The notes under the pieces were generated by a model. It worked only from the letters and a program-made list of their open reading frames with translations, was not told the DNA's origin and did not search any database. 64,000 bases of DNA from Candidatus Binatia bacterium (GTDB taxonomy: Bacteria; Desulfobacterota; Binatia; Bin18). The position numbers and the translations under genes are program-made. The stretch is from contig OY761159.2 in NCBI GenBank assembly GCA_963664395.2, positions 2,912,001 to 2,976,000 on the forward strand, written 5' to 3'. This document shows positions 12,138-24,871 of this stretch, in pieces; position 1 is the first letter of the stretch; the number at the start of each line of letters is the position of its first letter.

Positions 12138-12413
12138 CTATTCTTCGTAAAAACGATTGGTTACCAGGAGGGTGAGCGCCGAGAGCGCTTCCTCTGCATC
12201 GACGCCCTGAATCTGCAGGTCGAGGACGCTGCCCTGCGGAGCGCCGAGGGTCAGCAGGTCGAGGACGCTACGTCCATTCACCGTTTGTCCTTCCCACATG
12301 ACTGTGACCTCAACCTTGAGATCTTTTACGGCCTTGACGAACGCTGCCGCCGCTCGGGCATGTAAGCCCATTGAGTTGAGGAGCGTGAGCTGCGCTTGGA
12401 GGTGTGGTGTCAT
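12138..12413 (-). CDS. ptsH: HPr phosphocarrier protein
   Basis: GLHARAA (active His) and [12 protein letters not shown] (regulatory Ser). Confidence 0.88.
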   Translation of the reverse strand: MTPHLQAQLTLLNSMGLHARAAAAFVKAVKDLKVEVTVMWEGQTVNGRSVLDLLTLGAPQGSVLDLQIQGVDAEEALSALTLLVTNRFYEE

Positions 12414-12441
12414 AGCGGCACTTGCTGCGTGCTGCTCCACA

Positions 12442-12903
12442 CTAAAGGTTGCTGTCTTCCTCACAGATCAGCTGGTGTAAATCTACTTGGCTACCGCCTT
12501 GGAGCAAGCGTTCTCGAAACGCCTTGTCTTTCAATAATCGAGAGACACGAGCCAGGGCCTTGAGGTGGACGCCAGCAGAGTCTTCCGGAGCAACAAGCAA
12601 AAAGAACAGCCTCGTCAGCCCCCCGTCAAGGGAGCTACAGTCCACCCCGTGTGGACTCAGGCCAAAAACGGCGACCACGTGTTTGAGTCCGGGCAGTTTC
12701 CCATGCGGTATGGCAATGCCTTCACCAATTGCCGTTGTGCCGAGACGTTCACGGTCCAGGAGCACGGCGACTAACTGCTCGGTATCGACACCCGGCGTAT
12801 GCTGGGCGAGGTGTTGGGCCAGCTCGCGTAAGACATCTGTCTTTGTGCTGCCTTGGAGCTGGGGGAGAATGAATTCTTGGCTGAGGATATCAACGACACG
12901 CAT
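12442..12903 (-). CDS. ptsN: PTS EIIA(Ntr)-like protein
   Basis: RERLGTTAIGEGIAIPHGK, HLKALARVSRLL; directly downstream of rpoN. Confidence 0.88.
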   Translation of the reverse strand: MRVVDILSQEFILPQLQGSTKTDVLRELAQHLAQHTPGVDTEQLVAVLLDRERLGTTAIGEGIAIPHGKLPGLKHVVAVFGLSPHGVDCSSLDGGLTRLFFLLVAPEDSAGVHLKALARVSRLLKDKAFRERLLQGGSQVDLHQLICEEDSNL

Positions 12904-12943
12904 TGGAGTAGTCCTTATTGAGGGGGAGCCGGCGGGCTTGCGC

Positions 12944-14404
12944 TTATGAGCGGGCGTACTTCCGCTTTGCCGAGGAGAGAATATTGAGGCCCTCTCTGTA
13001 CTTGGCGACGGTCCGGCGGGCAATCTTGATATGACTGCGGACCAACGCTTGCGCAATGTCTTCATCACTCAGGGGTTTGTGGGGGTCTTCCTGACTAATG
13101 AGGTCTCGAATTTGGGCCTTCACACTTTCTGCCGAAACGTCTTGTCCATATTGACTCTTGAGTCCCGTAGTGAAGAATTTTTTGAGCGGATACAGCCCGC
13201 GTGGCGTGGCAATATACTTCCCCGCAATCGCCCGACTGACCGTTGACTCATGGATGCCGATGTCATCAGCAACATCGCGCAACACAAGCGGGCGCATATG
13301 TGAAACGCCGTAATTCAGAAAATCCTGCTGAAACTTCACCAGACTCTCGGCAACCATGAGTAAGGTACGCTGACGTTGGTGAATGCTCTTAATGAGCCAG
13401 GCTGCGGCACGCAGTTTTTCCTGGACGTACTCTTTTGCCTCGCCGCCTTGTGTCAATAAATGGCGATACGAATTACTCACCTTGAGACGGGGCAGACCCT
13501 CTTCGTTGAGCGTCACAATATACTCATCGCCGATTTTATGGACATGCACATCCGGGGTGACATAGCGAATGTCTCCATCACCGTAATTGCGGCCGGGTTT
13601 GGGTTCAAGAGCAGTGATGAGTTTTATCGCATGCTGGATTTCTTCCTCAGGGACGTTGAGGGCTTTTGCCAGCCGGTCATACCGCCGTCCTTCGAGGGCC
13701 TGCAGATGCTGCCGGACGATCGTTGTGGTCAAACGGAGCAGTGACTCTTCAAGCGCCTCTCTCTCTTGCTGAGGGGCAGTGAGTTGTAACAGGAGACATT
13801 CCTGGAGGTCTCGTGCGCCGACTCCAATCGGATCGCACGACTGGATAATCCCTAAGACCCGTTCGGCCTCCTCGGGACTGACTCCTGCGATAGCTGCGAG
13901 TTCTTCGACACTTGCCTCCAGATAGCCATCAACGTCCAAATTCCCGATGATCAGCGAGGCGAGATGTTCTTCTGTTTCGGTCAAGGTGCGGAAACGCAAC
14001 TGCCAGATGAGATGTTCGGACAGCGACTCTGTGCGGGGCAAACGATCCTCTGGGGCATTTGGGCGTTCCCCATCAGCGTATTCGCTCCCAGTGGGCGGAA
14101 GGGCCGGCAGGTCATTGTGATTATTATAGGTGCTGAGATAGGTCTGCCAGTCAATCTTATCTTTTTCATTGTGGGTGTCTTTTGTGTCAGCCTGAGTTGG
14201 TTCTTCGCCATTGCCGCGGCCGTCGTCAAAAATAGCTTCGTCCTCGGTGACACGCTCAACGACCGGATTCTCAGCCAATTCTTCATCAATGAGGGTATCA
14301 AGCTCTCCCCGTGGCAGTTGCAGAATCTTGATAGCTTGACGCAACTGGGGCGTCATCACCAGTTTCTGGGTTAATTTCTGCGTCAGTCTGATGTCTAATC
14401 CCAT
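12944..14404 (-). CDS. rpoN: RNA polymerase sigma-54
   Basis: MTPQLRQAIKILQL, HESTVSRA, RpoN box ARRTVAKYRE. Confidence 0.97.
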   Translation of the reverse strand: MGLDIRLTQKLTQKLVMTPQLRQAIKILQLPRGELDTLIDEELAENPVVERVTEDEAIFDDGRGNGEEPTQADTKDTHNEKDKIDWQTYLSTYNNHNDLPALPPTGSEYADGERPNAPEDRLPRTESLSEHLIWQLRFRTLTETEEHLASLIIGNLDVDGYLEASVEELAAIAGVSPEEAERVLGIIQSCDPIGVGARDLQECLLLQLTAPQQEREALEESLLRLTTTIVRQHLQALEGRRYDRLAKALNVPEEEIQHAIKLITALEPKPGRNYGDGDIRYVTPDVHVHKIGDEYIVTLNEEGLPRLKVSNSYRHLLTQGGEAKEYVQEKLRAAAWLIKSIHQRQRTLLMVAESLVKFQQDFLNYGVSHMRPLVLRDVADDIGIHESTVSRAIAGKYIATPRGLYPLKKFFTTGLKSQYGQDVSAESVKAQIRDLISQEDPHKPLSDEDIAQALVRSHIKIARRTVAKYREGLNILSSAKRKYARS

Positions 14405-14429
14405 AAGACTGCAACCTTGTCTTCAGTGA

Positions 14430-15161
14430 CTAGAGGCGGAAACGCTCTCCCAGGTAGACTTCTCGGGCGCGACTGCTTGCCGTAATTTCCTGTGGCGTTC
14501 CTTCCTCAAACACCCTCCCCTCGCTCAAAATATAGGCGCGATCACAAATGCTCAGCGTCTCTCGAACGTTATGGTCGGTGACGAGAACGCCGATCCCTCG
14601 TTCGCGCAATTGCATAATGATTTCTTGGATATCAACAACCGAAAGCGGGTCGATTCCGGCAAAGGGCTCGTCCAGGAGCATAAAGGCCGGCGACAGAACA
14701 AGCGCACGGGAAATTTCGACGCGCCGGCGTTCTCCTCCGGAGAGCGTATCCGCTCGGTTGGCCGCCAAATGGCTGATCCCTAACTCTGCAAGCAGTTGAG
14801 CCAAGCGTTCCTCGCGTTGCGCTTTGGTCAGCGACGTGGTCTCCAAAATAGCCATCACATTTTCTGCTACAGTCAACTTTCGGAAAACTGACGATTCCTG
14901 GGGCAGATAGGTCACTCCCCGGCGTGCCCGCTTATGCATGGGCAAGGTAGTAATCTCTTCATCATTATAGCGTACTGCACCTTTATCCGGTCGAATAATG
15001 CCGACTATGATCGAGAAGGTCGTGGTTTTTCCCGCCCCGTTGGGACCAAGTAACCCCACCACTTCGCCGCCTTTGACGCACACGCTGACATCACGCAGAA
15101 CAGTGCGTTTCCCATATGTTTTCCACAAGCCTTCGGCTTGAAGGACTGAGGTATCACTCAC
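14430..15161 (-). CDS. lptB: LPS export ABC ATPase
   Basis: GPNGAGKTT, LSGGERRRVEI, LLDEPFAGIDP, YLGERFRL. Confidence 0.96.
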   Translation of the reverse strand: MSDTSVLQAEGLWKTYGKRTVLRDVSVCVKGGEVVGLLGPNGAGKTTTFSIIVGIIRPDKGAVRYNDEEITTLPMHKRARRGVTYLPQESSVFRKLTVAENVMAILETTSLTKAQREERLAQLLAELGISHLAANRADTLSGGERRRVEISRALVLSPAFMLLDEPFAGIDPLSVVDIQEIIMQLRERGIGVLVTDHNVRETLSICDRAYILSEGRVFEEGTPQEITASSRAREVYLGERFRL

Positions 15162-15217
15162 TCCGCTCTTCTTTCTTGATCGTCTTTCTCATCGGTATGG
15201 CCGGCAGCCTGGGCGGC

Positions 15218-15814
15218 CTAGTCGGGAATAAGCACCATCTGGGCCTGCCGCTTTCCCTTCCCGCCCTTCACAACACTGCGTTTCTCGTCCAGAAAGACCG
15301 TTACGATATCGCCTTTGACTTGGTTGGAGCCCTCTTGAAGAACCGCGTTCCCTCTGAGCGTGACCGTGCGTTTTTCCTCATTAAAAACCGCTTTGCGGCT
15401 CGTTATGCGCCGTTCGCCGGAAGTAATTTCAACATTCCCCTCGGCAACAATACGCTTGAGCCGTTGCCGACCTGTGGGATCCGAGGCTGCCGGGGACGGT
15501 ACGGGATCTTCATACAGCACCGTCAGTACATCGCTCTTTAATGTCATATCACCCTGGGTGACGACAACATTACCGCGATACTGGATGCGCTTTTCCTCAT
15601 AGAAGAACTCGAGGTCATGAGCGCGAATATGAATGGGGTCTTTTCGAGAGGTGAGGGACAGGGAATCCGCAAAAGTAGGGGCTGAATTCTGGGCTGTTGG
15701 GTTGGTCTTGTTTTGTTGGGCGTCTTCGGCTGCCAGCGTCGAGGTGTACAAGAAAAAGATTAGGGCAACAAGAGGAAAGACCACCCAGCCATGCCTCGCA
15801 CGTGTTGGGCGCAT
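15218..15814 (-). CDS. lptA: LPS transport periplasmic protein LptA
   Basis: Signal peptide; OstA-like motifs (GNVVVTQGD, AEGNV, GNAVLQEG); position upstream of lptB. Confidence 0.88.
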   Translation of the reverse strand: MRPTRARHGWVVFPLVALIFFLYTSTLAAEDAQQNKTNPTAQNSAPTFADSLSLTSRKDPIHIRAHDLEFFYEEKRIQYRGNVVVTQGDMTLKSDVLTVLYEDPVPSPAASDPTGRQRLKRIVAEGNVEITSGERRITSRKAVFNEEKRTVTLRGNAVLQEGSNQVKGDIVTVFLDEKRSVVKGGKGKRQAQMVLIPD

Positions 15815-16413
15815 TATCCGGCCTCCCGTGCAACCGTCATCTGGACCTCTGTATTCAGTGTCAGTTGTTTGGTATCAACGGCGACGGTATAGCCTTTGCC
15901 TTCAGCCGTAAATCCTTGACCGACAATATGAATCATCCCGTCTGAGGAGATGGTATTCTTCTGGCGGTCATAGGTTGCTTGATCGGTTTTGAGGGCAATA
16001 TCTCCAATCTGGATTTCAAGCTCACCTCGGAGTTCAACGTGGAGTAAGTCTGAGATACCGTCCAGATGAACCGTGCCTTCCTGACAGCGTAACGCGACAG
16101 CTTCGCCATCGCTGAAATAGAGCGACACTTCGGGTGAGTCGATGACAACTTCGTTTTTGTCTGCAAAATAGCGTGCCTGCTGGGCCACAATCTCCCATAC
16201 TTTTTTGCCGTCCTGCATCTTCACTCGTCGGAACTCCGTCATCCGCTGGACCATGTCCTCTTGAGCGCCCTGGGCGGAGAGTTCGTCAGAGAGTTCGTCA
16301 AGGAGTTGCACGGTTTCCGGATCTTTTCCGACCTGAGAGCTGAGATAGACCAGGATAACGATGAGCCCGAGTACCGTAGCACCCAGCATGAAGCGGATTT
16401 GATGACGACTCAT
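15814..16413 (-). CDS. lptC: LPS export periplasmic protein LptC
   Basis: Single N-terminal TM helix, GKKVWEIVAQQARY, synteny with lptAB. Confidence 0.82.
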   Translation of the reverse strand: MSRHQIRFMLGATVLGLIVILVYLSSQVGKDPETVQLLDELSDELSAQGAQEDMVQRMTEFRRVKMQDGKKVWEIVAQQARYFADKNEVVIDSPEVSLYFSDGEAVALRCQEGTVHLDGISDLLHVELRGELEIQIGDIALKTDQATYDRQKNTISSDGMIHIVGQGFTAEGKGYTVAVDTKQLTLNTEVQMTVAREAG

Positions 16414-16541
16414 GACAATTTTCCTGTGAACAGCCTATCATCTCTCCTGAACCTAATCAAAGAAGGGCAAGAATCGAGCGCTGAAACGAGCGCTGAAAGG
16501 CAAAATTTGACGAGTGAGGCAAGGCGTGGGCAGGCCAATCG

Positions 16542-19793
<3,252 letters not shown>

Positions 19794-19872
19794 GCTTGGC
19801 AGACCTCGGGACCCGCGGCGGCAAGGCCGCTGGGCCGTCGGGGGGTCACTATACGGGAGAACTCCAACAGCG

Positions 19873-20595
19873 TCAAACCGAACCCGTGGGGGCGGTTGTT
19901 TTTACCCTCCGACACACCGGCCGGAGCGGGCAGTCGGGGCAGCGCGGGACGCGCGCCACACAAATGGTTGCGCCCACATCCATAATGGCTTGATTAAAGA
20001 TATGCGCCTGGCCCTTGGGGGTCACCTGCCGGGCCACCGTCCACAGGAAGCGGGGCGTACGCTGCTGGGGGGTCAGGCCAAAAAACCGCCCCAGGACACG
20101 CGCCGCGTTGGTATCAAGAATGGCGGCATCCTTGTGGAAAGCGAAGCTTGAGACCGCCCCCGCGGTATACGGGCCAACGCCAGGCAATTTCGTCAGATCT
20201 TCCGGATCGCGAGGAAACTTGCCCCTATGCTGGGTGACAATCTGTTGCGTCGCTTTCTGCAGATTGCGGGCCCGAGCGTAGTACCCTAAACCGTCCCAGA
20301 CTTCACGCACTTGGGGCTCTTGCGCTTTCGCCAGGTCCTGAGCCGTCGGATATTTCTGCAAGAATTTCTCGTAATAGAGCAAGGCCCGTTGGACTTGGGT
20401 TTGTTGCAGCATGACCTCAGACACCAAAATCGCATAGGGATCACGTGTCCGTCGCCAGGGAAGATCACGTCCATGCTTTTTATACCAGGCAATAAGGCGG
20501 CGTTGGAACGCCCGGATTGTTGCCGGGTGCGCAATAGGCGTCCGCTGTTCACTCTGCTGCTTTTGGTAGGGCTTGGGTTTTGGCGCGCGCGACAC
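19873..20595 (-). CDS. mutY: A/G-specific adenine glycosylase, short form
   Basis: RDLPWR, VSEVMLQQTQV, GLGYYARARNL, HhH LPGVGPYTA, C-terminal 4Fe-4S Cys motif; no MutT-like tail. Confidence 0.85.
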   Translation of the reverse strand: MSRAPKPKPYQKQQSEQRTPIAHPATIRAFQRRLIAWYKKHGRDLPWRRTRDPYAILVSEVMLQQTQVQRALLYYEKFLQKYPTAQDLAKAQEPQVREVWDGLGYYARARNLQKATQQIVTQHRGKFPRDPEDLTKLPGVGPYTAGAVSSFAFHKDAAILDTNAARVLGRFFGLTPQQRTPRFLWTVARQVTPKGQAHIFNQAIMDVGATICVARVPRCPDCPLRPVCRRVKTTAPTGSV

Positions 20596-20784
20596 TGTGG
20601 GGCTCTTGTGACAGAAACCGGGCGCTTGGGAAAGGGGGGAAAAGAGTCAACGTGCCAACATCTGCTGCATAGCTGCATAGCTGCATAGCTGTTGGAGGGC
20701 AGGCTTACTCTTTTTTCATCTTGACTCTGACGGGGAGAGCCACTAAGGTAGCGCGGCGCGTTATACGGAGGAGGCAACGCAGTC

Positions 20785-21054
20785 ATGACGGGCCAGGAAA
20801 ACTTAGAAAAAATGATTGCAAAGATCCTTCATCGCCACTGTGAGTTCGGCTGGGCTCACTACTATATCCCAAGCGAGAAATTCCCCAATTTAGTAGGAGA
20901 GTTACTCAAGGTCTTACAGCCGGCTGACGAAGCGGGGGAAGACGAACTTGTCAAACTTTTCCTTGAGTTGCGGCGGCATACCTCTGAGCAGGACCGCGTC
21001 GGCCAGATTCTCGCCAACTACCGGATTCTGAGACGGGGCGGAGCCTCTTCATAG
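20785..21054 (+). CDS. Hypothetical protein (89 aa)
   Basis: GGAGG RBS; fills the intergenic gap; no recognisable motif. Confidence 0.6.
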   Translation: MTGQENLEKMIAKILHRHCEFGWAHYYIPSEKFPNLVGELLKVLQPADEAGEDELVKLFLELRRHTSEQDRVGQILANYRILRRGGASS

Positions 21055-21203
21055 CGCTGGTTTTCCACTGCGCCGCCGGCTGGCCTTTTCCATGTATTTC
21101 TTTGCTCTTTTCCGTGAGTCTCTTGGAGCAGGAAGCGGTGGCCGGAGGGATTTGACAGCCCACCATCAGACAGATAGTGCCTGTTCGATACCCGAGGTAG
21201 TGC

Positions 21204-23027
21204 ATGAATGAACCACAGCGGACCCGCCAGGTTGTTGTCGGGCTCCTCTTTCTTTGTTTCCTCCTCTATTTTTTAGATCTCGGACGTATCCCTTTTTACA
21301 ATTACGAAGAGTCAAAAGAAGCCCTGATCGTCTGGGAAATGGTGAACGGTGGGGGGTGGATTCTTCCCCTCCGGAACGGAGTCGAACAGCCGCTCAAACC
21401 GCCTCTGTTTCACTGGATTGGCGCCTTTTTCTCTCTGCTCAGCGGACACGTGAGTGAGTTTGCAGTCCGCTTCCCATCCGCCCTGTTTGCCACTGCAACG
21501 ATCCTGGGTACGTTTTTCTTTGGACGCGCTATCTGGAATTGGCGCAGCGGACTCCTGGCTGCCTTGATCTTGGCCACCTCGCCGGAATGGGTGCGTTGGT
21601 CAATCAACGCGCGCAGCGACATGGTGCTGCTTTTCTTCCTCACGGCTACGCAGTTTTTCTTTTTTTGCGCCTTCCAAGAGCGGGCCACGCAACGGCGCAC
21701 GCTGATCCTTTTCTACGGCAGCATCGGTTTTGCCGTCTTGGCCAAAGGACCGCTGGGGCTGCTGCTGCCCATTGTGGTTACAGGAACCTTTCTGTGGTGG
21801 ACCAAGGATCTCGCATTTCTTCGCCGCATGCGTATCGGCCAAGGGATACTGATAGCGGGCTGTATTGCGGCGTCGTGGTACCTGCCGGCCCTCGTACAAG
21901 GCGGCGGAGAGTTTTTCCACCGCCAGATTCTGGATGAGAATGTGTTTCGGTTTTTCGCCAGCGAGCAAGGCGGACCGAGCCGAGAGCACACTCTGCTGTA
22001 TTACTTTCCAACCCTCTTTGTCGGGATGCTGCCCTGGAGCCTTTTCTTTCCCGCGCTGGGGCTTGCACTCTACCGGACACGCGCCACCTGGCAGGAGAAG
22101 AAACGGCTCTATCTCCTGATCTGGGTGGGGGCTGAATTCCTCTTTCTTACCTTCGCTTCCGGGAAACGCAGTAATTACATTTTGCCTCTCTATCCTGCGC
22201 TGGCCTTGCTGCTGGGGACGTGGTGGCAAGAATTGATAGAAGGATCGCGAGCATTATCGCCCGTGATCAAACGAGTCGTCCGAGGCTGCGCGCTTGTTTT
22301 GTGCAGCGTGAGTGCACTCATGCTCATTGTGTTGGTCGCCCATGGGGTCGGCTTTGATCTGGATCATATGGTGTCCCCTTTCCTCCATCCTCGGGATCGT
22401 GCGAATTTGCCCATTATCGCGCAGAGTTTGCAAAGTCAGTTCCCTATCGTCTGTATTTGGATTGGACTGCTCGCCGGGGCAACCGGCTGGTACATCTGGG
22501 GGTTCAGTCAGGACCAATGGATCACGGTCTTTGCCGCGCTGACGGTTGCGATTTCGGCTTCGTTGTATTTTACGAATGCCCTTTTTCATCCCCTCCTGGC
22601 CCAAGAGCGAACGTATAAACCCTTTATGCTCGGCGTTCGTTCCATCGTGCAAGATGCACCGCTGTATTTTTACCAAGACGCCGCCGACTATGGTGCCATT
22701 TTCTACGCTGGACGCCGTATTCCTGATTACCCAGGCTTCAGACGGGGTGGAACGTCGAATGCTGACGCTGCGCAGTATCTGCTCGTCCGCGAGACGGACT
22801 GGCCGGAATTCTCAGAGAGACAGCCTCACTTTGAGCGCCTGGTAACGAGTGAAGGCAAGGGGCCGGACAAGAAACATCGCCTGGTGCTGGCCGCCCTGCT
22901 CTCCCGGCCTGAGCAAAATGAGGCAGCCGGGACAGCCGCGGTCCCGTCCGAATCCGAAGTGAATGGATTGCCTGAAACCTCAGTTGAAACCACGGACGAA
23001 CCCGTGGACGAGAACTCTGCATCGTGA
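21204..23027 (+). CDS. ArnT/PMT family (GT39/GT83-like) membrane glycosyltransferase
   Basis: KPPLFHW, EFAVRFPSA, LAKGP, KRSNYILPLYPA; multiple TM segments. Confidence 0.88.
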   Translation: MNEPQRTRQVVVGLLFLCFLLYFLDLGRIPFYNYEESKEALIVWEMVNGGGWILPLRNGVEQPLKPPLFHWIGAFFSLLSGHVSEFAVRFPSALFATATILGTFFFGRAIWNWRSGLLAALILATSPEWVRWSINARSDMVLLFFLTATQFFFFCAFQERATQRRTLILFYGSIGFAVLAKGPLGLLLPIVVTGTFLWWTKDLAFLRRMRIGQGILIAGCIAASWYLPALVQGGGEFFHRQILDENVFRFFASEQGGPSREHTLLYYFPTLFVGMLPWSLFFPALGLALYRTRATWQEKKRLYLLIWVGAEFLFLTFASGKRSNYILPLYPALALLLGTWWQELIEGSRALSPVIKRVVRGCALVLCSVSALMLIVLVAHGVGFDLDHMVSPFLHPRDRANLPIIAQSLQSQFPIVCIWIGLLAGATGWYIWGFSQDQWITVFAALTVAISASLYFTNALFHPLLAQERTYKPFMLGVRSIVQDAPLYFYQDAADYGAIFYAGRRIPDYPGFRRGGTSNADAAQYLLVRETDWPEFSERQPHFERLVTSEGKGPDKKHRLVLAALLSRPEQNEAAGTAAVPSESEVNGLPETSVETTDEPVDENSAS

Positions 23028-23071
23028 ACATCCGCCCTCTGCGTGTTGTTCGGACTGTCGAGTAGAATCTG

Positions 23072-24817
23072 TTGCAACCCCGTATCCGCTTTGCCGGCTT
23101 TCTTCTCAGTCTTTTGTGTACGCTGGTCTTTGTCTGGGGCCTGGGCGACATCCCTTTTTACACCAAGGGGCAACCGCGTGAGGCGACCGTTATCTGGGAA
23201 ATCTATCACCATGGCGACTGGATTCTGCCCTTGCGCAATGGCCATATCATTCCGTCCAAACCGCCGCTCTTTCATTGGCTTGGAACGCTGGTTGCGCTCG
23301 CCTTGGGTCAGGTGAGCGAATTCTCGATTCGCTTTCCTTCTGCTCTGTTAGCCCTCTTCGGTGTCCTCCTGACCTATCGGGTCGGCGCCGTCCTGTGGGG
23401 TGTTGAGGCTGGGCTGATTGCCGGTCTGACCCTGGCCACAAGCTTTGAGTGGGTCCGGGCCGCGACAACGGCCCGGGTGGATATGACGCTGACCTTTTTT
23501 ATGGTCGCGGCCTTTTTCTCCTTTTGGTCCATGTACCGAAAGCAACGGGTAGATTGGACCGAAGCGCTCGGCTTCTTCTGCCTACTCGGGCTTGCGACCT
23601 TAGCCAAAGGACCCATAGGAGCCTTGCTGCCGGGCCTGGTAATCGGAGTATTCCTGGTCAGCAGACGCGACATTCTCTTTGTCCGCAACTTGCATCTCAT
23701 CACTGGCGGACTCCTGTTCCTCATCGTCGCCGGATCATGGTACGCCCTGGCGCTGTGGCAGGGTGGCGAGGAGTTTTTTGAGAAGCAGATTATGAAAGAA
23801 AATGTGTTCCGGTTTGTTTCCAGCGGGTCGGCTGGGGCCGGACATGTGCATCCTTTCTATTATTTTATTCCGAACCTTTTTCTGGGTATGGCTCCGTGGA
23901 GCTTTTTCTTTCCGCCGTTGCTCTATTTTTTATACCAATGTCGCCAGCGCTGGGCAGAGAAGAACTTGACCTACCTGGTTGTCTGGATTGTCACGATTTT
24001 TCTGTTCTACTCGGCTTCGAGTAGTAAGCGTACTGTGTACATCCTGCCAATCTATCCGGCTATTGCTTTGCTGCTGGGTGCCTGGTGGCAAGAGCTCCGT
24101 CGAGGAGAGATCGACCTGCCGCAGGGCTTTCTTACTCTGATAAAGGCCGCCAGCTATGGATGCTGTGGTGCTGTCAGTCTGGCTGGTCTTGGAGTGATCG
24201 CTCACGCAAGCGGGCTTGATCCGCTCGGGCTGATTCGGCCATTTCTGCACCCGAAAGATCAGAGCAATCTACCCTTGTTCACGGGCATCGTTACTGACCA
24301 CCCTGTGGCGTTTGCTCTGTGGTTTTTAGGCGTTGGTGGTGCAATGGTCTTGTTAGTCCGGGGTCTGCGTCGCCAGTCATGGGAGCGCGTATTCGGAGGG
24401 CTGGTGGTATTCGCTACGAGTATCTTTCTGCTCATCAACCACGTTATTCAGCCGACCATTGCCGCAGCTCGGACCTTTCGGCCATTTATGGGTCGCGTTG
24501 TTGAGCGGGTGAGGGAACAGCCCCTCTTCTTTTTTCGGAGCTTTGATAGCGGAGCCCTGTATTATGCGGACCGGCGCATCCCTTTCTATTTCCCGCCCAC
24601 AACCCCGAAGCGCGGCTATTTCATCCTGCTCTGGGAAGAAGAGTGGGAACGCCTTCAGAATGGCGGTTTTGCGGACCGACTGCGCATCGTTGATACCAGC
24701 GAAGGCAGCGGACCCAAGGGCAATCACCGGCTCCATCTGGTTGAAATCCCGGCCCGCCTCGAACTCCCGTCCTGGGAAGACGACCTGAAGGGACTGATTC
24801 ACAAGGACACGATGTGA
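23072..24817 (+). CDS. ArnT/PMT family glycosyltransferase, tandem paralogue
   Basis: Same motifs as the upstream gene (KPPLFHW, LAKGP, KRTVYILPIYPA, PFLHPKD). Confidence 0.88.
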   Translation: MQPRIRFAGFLLSLLCTLVFVWGLGDIPFYTKGQPREATVIWEIYHHGDWILPLRNGHIIPSKPPLFHWLGTLVALALGQVSEFSIRFPSALLALFGVLLTYRVGAVLWGVEAGLIAGLTLATSFEWVRAATTARVDMTLTFFMVAAFFSFWSMYRKQRVDWTEALGFFCLLGLATLAKGPIGALLPGLVIGVFLVSRRDILFVRNLHLITGGLLFLIVAGSWYALALWQGGEEFFEKQIMKENVFRFVSSGSAGAGHVHPFYYFIPNLFLGMAPWSFFFPPLLYFLYQCRQRWAEKNLTYLVVWIVTIFLFYSASSSKRTVYILPIYPAIALLLGAWWQELRRGEIDLPQGFLTLIKAASYGCCGAVSLAGLGVIAHASGLDPLGLIRPFLHPKDQSNLPLFTGIVTDHPVAFALWFLGVGGAMVLLVRGLRRQSWERVFGGLVVFATSIFLLINHVIQPTIAAARTFRPFMGRVVERVREQPLFFFRSFDSGALYYADRRIPFYFPPTTPKRGYFILLWEEEWERLQNGGFADRLRIVDTSEGSGPKGNHRLHLVEIPARLELPSWEDDLKGLIHKDTM

Positions 24818-24871
24818 CCAGTGTCAGAAGCGGAGAATCTGACGCCGGTAGACGTTGGACCCTGAATCCGT

